From IMG/VR virus record IMGVR_UViG_3300022882_000107, positions 1 through 24,814 of that record: a DNA stretch of 24,814 nt; one strand, 5' to 3'. The position numbers were made by a program, and so were the translations under genes. The notes beneath the pieces were generated by a model. The model worked only from the letters and a program-made list of their open reading frames with translations. It did no database searches and had not been told where the DNA came from. The DNA comes from a virus (lineage: Duplodnaviria; Caudoviricetes). Positions 7,188 through 13,719 of the stretch are shown here, in pieces. Position 1 is the first letter of the stretch, and the number at the start of each line of letters is the position of its first letter.

Positions 7188-7250
7188 AAAAATAAAAAAA
7201 TAATTAAAAAAGTGCTTGACTTTTTTCAGTGATTTTGATATGCTTGTTTT
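7188..7250 (+). promoter_or_regulatory. Sigma70 promoter, copy A (63 bp identical to 8915-8977)
   Basis: A-tract UP element, TTGACT (7216), 17 bp, extended -10 TGnTATGCT (7239-7244). Confidence 0.8.
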
Positions 7251-7367
7251 AAATTAAGCGAGAACTCACATTCTTGATAATTAATGAAGCCTTCAGAAAA
7301 TGATGTTATGTGAGAGCTGGAAAGAGATTTCTGGTTGACATCGTTTTCTGGAGGTTTTTTTTTGGAG
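7251..7367 (+). ncRNA. Structured leader/attenuator RNA, copy A
   Basis: 21-bp stem 7287-7307/7337-7357, 7-nt bulge ATGTGAG complementary to upstream CTCACAT (7265-7271), apical stem with GAGA loop, T-run, then GGAG. Confidence 0.7.
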
Positions 7368-7374
7368 TAACAAA

Positions 7375-7596
7375 ATGACGGTACCTCAAACAGTATACAT
7401 GAGAAATCTTGCAGACAATCAGCTTTATGGTTACGCTATGGCAACGAAAGGAGTTCCTTTAGAAGAATTAATCGAGAGTATGAATTTGACTTCACAAGAA
7501 TGGCAAAAAATAAAAAGAACAACATGTTCATCAAGCGTAAAAGAACTTAATGTGGAAATTGAAAATTACTTTAAAAAGAAAGTCGCAAAAGAATGA
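7375..7596 (+). CDS. Hypothetical protein
   Basis: 73 aa; GGAG RBS directly after the leader T-run. Confidence 0.7.
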   Translation: MTVPQTVYMRNLADNQLYGYAMATKGVPLEELIESMNLTSQEWQKIKRTTCSSSVKELNVEIENYFKKKVAKE

Positions 7597-7823
7597 CAAG
7601 TGTAGAAGAAAAAATGGACAAAAGGTTTTTGAGAATTATTTTGAATTGTCAAAATGCTAGAAATAGATATCCAAATACTTATGAAGCTAAGTACAAAAAA
7701 CAGAGGGATAAGTATTCAAAAGAAATCATCGAAAACAATCTTATCGAGAAGTGTGGTGAAGAGGTGTATTTCGCAAGGCAGTTATGCATGGCCAATGACT
7801 TAGAATATAAACACAAGGAGTAA
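7593..7823 (+). CDS. Hypothetical protein
   Basis: 76 aa; ATGA overlap. Confidence 0.65.
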   Translation: MTSVEEKMDKRFLRIILNCQNARNRYPNTYEAKYKKQRDKYSKEIIENNLIEKCGEEVYFARQLCMANDLEYKHKE

Positions 7824-7828
7824 TAATT

Positions 7829-8224
7829 ATGAGTATAATTGATGACATGAAGAGGTTGGACACGATGGAAACAAGTGTGGCAAAGTTAGAATCTAGAATC
7901 AAAGAATTAGAACATGAGAATTATCTGAAAGAAATAAGACTCGTTAGACTTGAACGCTGGAAAAAGAATAACAGCAGGTCTCACAAGAAGAAAGTTTTGT
8001 TCACGCCTAAAGACTGGTGTCTGCATATTAACAATTCTAGTAGTGAAGATAAGCTTATGGATTTTTTGATTGAACAAGGAATCATTGAAAAGATTATGAG
8101 AGCTTGTCTCTGTATTGGCTATAAAACAACGTTGAAAGAATTTGAAGGAAATAACATAATGATTGCCGGAAAGTATTATGCAAGGTTCCCCGCATCGTTC
8201 TACGAAGGACTTGATTATGAATGA
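7829..8224 (+). CDS. Coiled-coil + putative winged-helix protein (antirepressor-like), paralog A
   Basis: AAGGAG RBS; shares LExWK, TPxDWC, GYKT and RFPASFYExLDY with 9114-9461; loosely resembles the ANT/KilAC pattern (inference). Confidence 0.6.
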   Translation: MSIIDDMKRLDTMETSVAKLESRIKELEHENYLKEIRLVRLERWKKNNSRSHKKKVLFTPKDWCLHINNSSSEDKLMDFLIEQGIIEKIMRACLCIGYKTTLKEFEGNNIMIAGKYYARFPASFYEGLDYE

Positions 8225-8705
8225 TTTTAACACAAACACAGAAAACAAAGATGAGTGGCTTACACCTCCATACATCATTGAAGCAATCGGACCATTTGAT
8301 TTGGATCCATGTGCGCCGATTGTCAGACCATGGTCGACAGCGACAAAACATTACACAATCAAGGATGATGGATTGAATAAAGATTGGAGTAATACCAGAG
8401 TTTGGTTAAACCCTCCTTACGGCAGACAAACATTTGAGTGGATAGAAAAACTTGCTGAACATCGCAAAGGAATAGCATTGATATTTGCTAGAACTGAAAC
8501 AAAAGGTTTTCATGCTCAAATCTGGGAAAAAGCAGATGCAGTTTTCTTTTTTAAGGGCAGATTGAAATTCTATCATGTTGATGGAACTCAAGGTGGATGT
8601 GCAAATGCTCCAAGTTGTTTGGTGTCCTATTCAAACTATGATACTTTTTGTATTAATGCAGCAATTAATGCAAAGCTTATAAAAGGCAGATTAATAATAC
8701 TTTAA
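8217..8705 (+). CDS. Phage DNA N6-adenine methyltransferase (Dam-like, PF05869 type)
   Basis: DEWLTPP, FDLDPCA, catalytic NPPY (WLNPPYG), ARTET, FxKGRLKF; ATG at 8217 with GAAGGA RBS. Confidence 0.92.
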   Translation: MNDFNTNTENKDEWLTPPYIIEAIGPFDLDPCAPIVRPWSTATKHYTIKDDGLNKDWSNTRVWLNPPYGRQTFEWIEKLAEHRKGIALIFARTETKGFHAQIWEKADAVFFFKGRLKFYHVDGTQGGCANAPSCLVSYSNYDTFCINAAINAKLIKGRLIIL

Positions 8706-8794
8706 TTAACGGTGCTCTTCTCTTAACCCAGAGCCCCCCGCGTTTCTCGGTGCAGGGAAAAATGACTATGACGAAAGGAAAATGAAATGAGCAA
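8704..8794 (+). repeat. About 90-bp intergenic repeat, copy A
   Basis: First 44 nt and last 32 nt identical to 9461-9550; includes RBS AAAGGA and ATGAGCAA. Confidence 0.9.
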
Positions 8795-8930
8795 GGGTTC
8801 ACGGAATCGGACAACCGACCGGCAAGCTTACGAAAATGCCGACTACTGGAAACATTTGCCGACCCCGTGCCCTGATTTTAAGGAAAAAGTTCGTAAAAAT
8901 ATAATCAAAGGAACAAAAATAAAAAAATAA
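8787..8930 (+). CDS. Small basic phage protein (47 aa)
   Basis: Not in track. MSKGSRNRTTDRQAYENADYWKHL...; same RBS and start as 9543. Confidence 0.55.
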   Translation: MSKGSRNRTTDRQAYENADYWKHLPTPCPDFKEKVRKNIIKGTKIKK

Positions 8931-8977
8931 TTAAAAAAGTGCTTGACTTTTTTCAGTGATTTTGATATGCTTGTTTT
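8915..8977 (+). promoter_or_regulatory. Sigma70 promoter, copy B
   Basis: TTGACT (8943), 17 bp, TATGCT (8966); identical to 7188-7250. Confidence 0.8.
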
Positions 8978-9105
8978 CAAATGAAAGTACTGTCTCAAAA
9001 CAAGTATGATTCAAATTAAATGAAGCCGTACAGTTTTAGCATGTTTTGAGAGTCTTTGTCGAAAGGTAAAGATTGTGCTAAGACTGTATGGCTTTTTTTT
9101 TGGAG
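8978..9105 (+). ncRNA. Structured leader/attenuator RNA, copy B
   Basis: 20-bp stem 9023-9042/9075-9094, bulge GTTTTGAG (TGTTTTGAGA complementary to TCTCAAAACA 8993-9002), 10-bp apical stem with GAAA loop, T9, GGAG. Confidence 0.72.
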
Positions 9106-9113
9106 TAAACGTT

Positions 9114-9461
9114 ATGAACGAGATTGAAGAATTGAAGGAATTAGTTGAGAAGCTAACATTAAGAATTGTTAAACTTGAGCTTTGGAAAAGAAAAAGTCGC
9201 CAAAAGACTCCAAAGAAAAAGGATTCATATACACCGTTTGATTGGTGCAAATATATTGGGAAGCCTGATGACGATGTAAATCTTGTAAAATATTTACTTA
9301 AACGAGGAATGATTGAATATGTTCTGGTTGATGGTATGATAGTAGGCTATAAAACATCGTCGGAAGAGTTTAAAGAAAATAACATGAAAGTTGCTGGAAT
9401 GTATTTTGTAAGGTTCCCAGCATCGTTCTACGAAAAACTTGATTATTACTGGAGAATTTGA
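9114..9461 (+). CDS. Coiled-coil + putative winged-helix protein (antirepressor-like), paralog B
   Basis: ATG at 9114 after GGAG (track start 9075 lies inside the RNA stem); paralog of 7829-8224. Confidence 0.65.
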   Translation: MNEIEELKELVEKLTLRIVKLELWKRKSRQKTPKKKDSYTPFDWCKYIGKPDDDVNLVKYLLKRGMIEYVLVDGMIVGYKTSSEEFKENNMKVAGMYFVRFPASFYEKLDYYWRI

Positions 9462-9550
9462 ATTAACGGTGCTCTTCTCTTAACCCAGAGCCCCCCGCGT
9501 TTCTTGTGCAGGAAAACGTGACTATGACGAAAGGAAAATGAAATGAGCAA
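9461..9550 (+). repeat. About 90-bp intergenic repeat, copy B
   Basis: See 8704-8794. Confidence 0.9.
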
Positions 9551-9749
9551 AATTACAGACATGACAGATGAACAATTGAAAGACCGTATTTTCGTATCAG
9601 GTTTACATCTGGGATATTTGAATAATAAGATTGGTATGGACAACTATCTTGGACTGCCAATTGATAAACAAGACCGTGAACACCTGAATGATGAACTATG
9701 TGTAACAGGTGCTCTTTATCACGAATACAAACAAAGAGGGATTGAATGA
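9543..9749 (+). CDS. Hypothetical protein
   Basis: 68 aa; AAAGGA RBS. Confidence 0.7.
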   Translation: MSKITDMTDEQLKDRIFVSGLHLGYLNNKIGMDNYLGLPIDKQDREHLNDELCVTGALYHEYKQRGIE

Positions 9750-9889
9750 AAACAAATGTGAAACTAAAATACAGACAATGTTGTTATTGCAATAGGATAG
9801 TTCCGTCAAGTTATAACTTTGTCGAACATATTAGAATGTGTAAGCAACAAAGTAAATACATAAAATGGCTTGATGGAGACAGAAGATGA
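9746..9889 (+). CDS. Small C2HC-type zinc finger protein (47 aa)
   Basis: Not in track. ...CCYCNRIVPSSYNFVEHIRMC...; ATGA overlaps at both ends. Confidence 0.6.
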   Translation: MKTNVKLKYRQCCYCNRIVPSSYNFVEHIRMCKQQSKYIKWLDGDRR

Positions 9890-10134
9890 AAACAGAAATC
9901 AAAGGGATTGTGCAGTCCGTAGAAACTATCTGCAACGACAAATATATAGTTATCGATGAAAACGGCTCAAATCGTTCTCTTACAATCGAACTTGATGTTA
10001 GTCAAGAGGACGATATTTTAAACAACTATAAAGTTGGTGATGAAATAACAATTATATTATCAGACAAGAAACTTTTGAAAGAAACAATAAATATTGGAAA
10101 TAACTATGAACAAGATAACAGTAGCAACTATTAA
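9886..10134 (+). CDS. Hypothetical protein (beta-rich, possibly OB-fold-like)
   Basis: 82 aa; IKGIVQSV...YKVGDEITI pattern; GGAG RBS. Confidence 0.6.
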   Translation: MKTEIKGIVQSVETICNDKYIVIDENGSNRSLTIELDVSQEDDILNNYKVGDEITIILSDKKLLKETINIGNNYEQDNSSNY

Positions 10135-10315
10135 TGGTACTCTTCACACTGTAGATATTAATGATATTAAATTATCACCCGCAGATAATAATAAATATAC
10201 TCGAGTAAAGTATTTTGATGTCGCATTTAGAGAAGGAAAAAACCAAGTTGTCGCCGCAAAAGAATATGACAGACTAGACAAATTGATAAAGGCAATCAAG
10301 AACAGCATAATCTAA
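10106..10315 (+). CDS. Hypothetical protein
   Basis: Track 10094-10315; ATG at 10106. Confidence 0.6.
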   Translation: MNKITVATINGTLHTVDINDIKLSPADNNKYTRVKYFDVAFREGKNQVVAAKEYDRLDKLIKAIKNSII

Positions 10316-10428
10316 CTTTTTATTTTAATTCTTATGCTCAATTTGATGAGATTTATGTTGGCAAAAACGATGAATAGCATAAAATATACCAAAAAGTGAA
10401 GAAAAATGAGAATAATCGAAAATAGTTC

Positions 10429-10457
10429 TTGCTTTTTTTGTCAAATTTTGGTATATG
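10429..10457 (+). promoter_or_regulatory. Putative sigma70 promoter upstream of packaging/structural genes
   Basis: TTGCTT, 17 bp T-rich spacer, TGgTATATG; resembles promoters A and B. Confidence 0.45.
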
Positions 10458-10533
10458 TATGAATGTCTTAAACGAAACTATGTAGAAAACTTAAAACAAA
10501 GAAGAAAATTATTATGGGTAACACAAACAGAAA

Positions 10534-10737
10534 ATGAAAACTCTTGGAGTGACAAAAAAAAAGGCAAAAAGTAGTAAGGCAAAAAGTAGTAAGGCAAAAA
10601 GTAGTAATACAAACAGAAGTGGTTCATTTACTAATGCTGGTGTGCAAAACACTCCAAAGCAAATTGATGCAGCAAGCCAAATACGTATAAAGGCAAGACG
10701 TAAACTTAAAGCTGACAAATTGAAGAAAAAGAAGTAA
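10534..10737 (+). CDS. Small very basic Lys-rich protein with KAKSS x3
   Basis: 67 aa, 2 acidic residues; exact 15-nt tandem AAGGCAAAAAGTAGT x3 at 10561-10605. Confidence 0.6.
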   Translation: MKTLGVTKKKAKSSKAKSSKAKSSNTNRSGSFTNAGVQNTPKQIDAASQIRIKARRKLKADKLKKKK

Positions 10738-10889
10738 CACTTTACGTCTGGCAGGGAAAGCTCAGGATAAGAAGCTAGCAGCAGCGAGGAAAAAGGGGAA
10801 AAACCAAAGGCTCCAGAAGGCTACGAATATTCTTCAGCTACGAATTGATTTACTAGGTTATACCGTTAGTTGGTTAGTTATAGTTACGT

Positions 10890-10931
10890 TCTCTGCCCTA
10901 GACCTCAAATCGTGAGAGGGGCAGAGTTTTT
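10890..10931 (+). terminator. Intrinsic terminator-like hairpin before packaging genes
   Basis: CTCTGCCCT...GGGGCAGAG followed by TTTTT; inner CTCA-AATCG-TGAG stem. Confidence 0.6.
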
Positions 10932-10936
10932 AAACG

Positions 10937-10976
10937 AAGGATTGAATGAACTTGGAAAGGATTGAATGAACTTGGA
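10937..10976 (+). repeat. Exact 20-bp tandem duplication of RBS and start codon
   Basis: AAGGATTGAATGAACTTGGA x2. Confidence 0.9.
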
Positions 10977-11181
10977 AAACATTGAAAAGGTTGATTATTT
11001 GCTTGAAGATTGGAACAAAATAAAAGTTTTGTTTGGTTTTAAAGAAGACTTTAAAAGTATTTCTTTTGATTTTGGATCTAGTACTATCAATTTTTCTAAG
11101 CATGATACTTTAACTAATTGCATTTTTAAAGCATTGACAGTTCGCAAGATTGAAATTGAGGAGGAACTTACGAAGTTATGA
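10966..11181 (+). CDS. Hypothetical protein
   Basis: 71 aa; AAGGA RBS. Confidence 0.65.
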   Translation: MNLENIEKVDYLLEDWNKIKVLFGFKEDFKSISFDFGSSTINFSKHDTLTNCIFKALTVRKIEIEEELTKL

Positions 11182-11327
11182 GTGAAACAATAATATATGA
11201 ACCAGATTGCGGAATTAGAAAATACGAAGAAATAGAGAGAGAACTAATCAAAAACTTGAATAGACTTAGCAAAAGACGTTTGAATTATCAGTCAAGTTTT
11301 CTTCAAGCATCTAAATCATGGTCGTAA
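11178..11327 (+). CDS. Hypothetical protein (49 aa)
   Basis: Not in track. MSETIIYEPDCGIRKYEEIE...; ATGA overlap. Confidence 0.5.
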   Translation: MSETIIYEPDCGIRKYEEIERELIKNLNRLSKRRLNYQSSFLQASKSWS

Positions 11328-11345
11328 AACGAGGAGAAATGCAGA

Positions 11346-11876
11346 ATGGCAGTGACATCTGTTGAGACAAAGAAGCTTTTGAAAGAGCATGGTTTGTGGC
11401 AGGATTTTTGTGATGAACGAGCAGACATGAGAACCGATGAAGCATCTGCAAAGGATATCGAAACTTTACTGTCATCTTATGTTGCAAAATGCAAAGGGCC
11501 AGAGAGTAAGAGCGTAAAAAAGATTGTAGTGCCTCCAGAAGTACTTGAGTTTTTACGAGGAAAGAAGGCTACTCCAGAGGAAATCTCTAGGTGGGTTTTA
11601 GAGAGTTTGATGTTTAGGCACACTGCTGTTGATTTGAAGAAAGCACCGGATGCCATAGCCTTAAAGTATTATGTTGATTGCAGAGAATCTCAAGCATTTT
11701 ACATGGATTTTAAGAAGAACTTTGTAAACAAGAGTATTGGCCAAGGTCAAAAAGAGGACGAAAACAATTTTGATGGAAAAGACATTTGTGATTTGATAGA
11801 TGTTCTTGTTGAAATGAACAAGGTTGCGAAAATGGAGGAAAAGAAAATACTAAGGGAAATAGATGATGGAGTTTAA
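11346..11876 (+). CDS. Putative terminase small subunit
   Basis: 176 aa helical protein overlapping the start of the large terminase; GAGGAG RBS; positional call. Confidence 0.55.
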   Translation: MAVTSVETKKLLKEHGLWQDFCDERADMRTDEASAKDIETLLSSYVAKCKGPESKSVKKIVVPPEVLEFLRGKKATPEEISRWVLESLMFRHTAVDLKKAPDAIALKYYVDCRESQAFYMDFKKNFVNKSIGQGQKEDENNFDGKDICDLIDVLVEMNKVAKMEEKKILREIDDGV

Positions 11877-13719
11877 ATATGACCAGTATGTTCCTAAAAC
11901 TTTATTTGCAAATTTAATCTTTCGTAAAATGATACTTGAGAAATGCGGTAAAGAATTAAGGTTCAGAGCTTTCATACAAAAAATCATCAGAGAGGATTAT
12001 CTATTTTTCACAAACACTTTTGCTTGGGCCGAAAATCCTAGAAGTGTTGTTACCAGAATGCCGTTCATTGTTTATGACTACCAAGATGAATTTTTTAAAA
12101 ATGAATGGAATAGGATATTATCAAAGGTGGATCCAGGTGATGCAACGATTGAAAAGACTAGAGATATGGGAGCATCAGTATGTATGATGACTTTGATATA
12201 TGCTCCTTGGTTGTTGCTACCAAAGGAATCGCCATTTAGAGCTGGAGTTGTTTCGAGAAAGGAACCGTTGGTTGATGGAGCTGCCGGAAGTTTGTTTGAA
12301 AAACTTGATTATCTGCACGACAACATTCCAGGGTGGATGAAGCCATCAAAAGTTACAAGAGTGGTTTTAGCCTTTGTGAATGACGAAACAAAATCGACTA
12401 TCAACGGTGAATCAACTAACAAAGATTTCTTTAGAGGGCCAAGACTGGATGTGTTTATTGGTGATGAATGGGCGGCGATTAACGACAATGATGCAGTTAG
12501 AGGTGATGGTGCTACCGGTGAGACCGCATACATTAGATATTTTGTATCAACTCACAAAGGTCCACTAACACAATTTAACATCAAGTGTAAGACTGCTGCA
12601 TTTCTTTATCAGTGGCATTGGAGCTTGCACGAGGAAAAGAACAAGGGCTTGTACACGTCAAAGATGGATATTAATGGTGATTATGTTCTTAAAATCTTAG
12701 ATACAAGCTACAGTGCAGTAGTAACCGTACTTAGGAGAGGCGTAAGGGGGTCAAAAAAGGTTAAGTTCCCCCAAGACTATCCTTGGATACTAGATGGAAA
12801 GAAAAGGTCTCCTTGGTATGATACAGCAGCTTCTAAGATGGCAGACGATAAAATGGTTGCTCAAGAGCTTGATATGGATGCAAGTGGTTCAGATCAGTTG
12901 TTCTTCTCAAAGGCAGTGATTGAAAAGAAAATCATGCTTGAGGGAATGTTACCACTATATCAGGGTGTTATCAAGGATAGCGTTATACAGGAAAATGAGA
13001 ATGGAGAGTTGAGTTGCTGGTTTAACAATATCAACGAAGCTGGAAAGATAGACAAAGACTGGCTGTATGCTAGAAGATTTATTGTGAGTTCAGATGTATC
13101 GTTTGGTACAGGAGCTAGTAATTCGGTGGCAGTTGTTTATGATGCGGTGAGGAAAGAAAAGGTTGCAAGGTGGCAGTCACCTAACTATGACCCAAAGGAT
13201 TTTGCAAGAATATCAGTGATGTTGGCGAAGATGTTTAATGATGCGTTCCTAATCTGGGATGCTACTGGTGTGGTTGGAAAGACATTTTCAAATGAGATTG
13301 AAGCTTTGCAGTACAGTAACTTGTATTACAGGAACGATACTGATGCTGGATTTTATTTTAACGATGATGCCAGAAGTGCATTATTGATGACATATAGGTA
13401 TTCGTTGGGGCAAGACAAGATTACAAACAGGAGTATTGACGGATTAAACGAGTGCATGGAATTTATTATTGAGCCAGGACCAAAGATTGTTCATAGAGCG
13501 ACTAAATTAATTAGCAATCCTACTGGTGCGAGAAATGCTCATGGTGATGAAGTTATGGCAGATGCAATGGTTGCTCATGTTTTAGAAAGTGAACCAATTT
13601 ATGTTGATACGAAAACTAAACCGATTATTCAAGCTAATTCAGTGGCAGCACGAATGAGAGAATATAACAAAGAGCAACTTGGAAATGACAGGGATGCTTA
13701 TATTATGGGAGTTAGATGA
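11863..13719 (+). CDS. terL: Terminase large subunit
   Basis: YDYQ adenine motif, Walker A EKTRDMGAS, Walker B VFIGDE, VST coupling motif, RNase H-fold nuclease SSDVSFGTGAS and HGDEVMADA. Confidence 0.93.
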   Translation: MMEFKYDQYVPKTLFANLIFRKMILEKCGKELRFRAFIQKIIREDYLFFTNTFAWAENPRSVVTRMPFIVYDYQDEFFKNEWNRILSKVDPGDATIEKTRDMGASVCMMTLIYAPWLLLPKESPFRAGVVSRKEPLVDGAAGSLFEKLDYLHDNIPGWMKPSKVTRVVLAFVNDETKSTINGESTNKDFFRGPRLDVFIGDEWAAINDNDAVRGDGATGETAYIRYFVSTHKGPLTQFNIKCKTAAFLYQWHWSLHEEKNKGLYTSKMDINGDYVLKILDTSYSAVVTVLRRGVRGSKKVKFPQDYPWILDGKKRSPWYDTAASKMADDKMVAQELDMDASGSDQLFFSKAVIEKKIMLEGMLPLYQGVIKDSVIQENENGELSCWFNNINEAGKIDKDWLYARRFIVSSDVSFGTGASNSVAVVYDAVRKEKVARWQSPNYDPKDFARISVMLAKMFNDAFLIWDATGVVGKTFSNEIEALQYSNLYYRNDTDAGFYFNDDARSALLMTYRYSLGQDKITNRSIDGLNECMEFIIEPGPKIVHRATKLISNPTGARNAHGDEVMADAMVAHVLESEPIYVDTKTKPIIQANSVAARMREYNKEQLGNDRDAYIMGVR

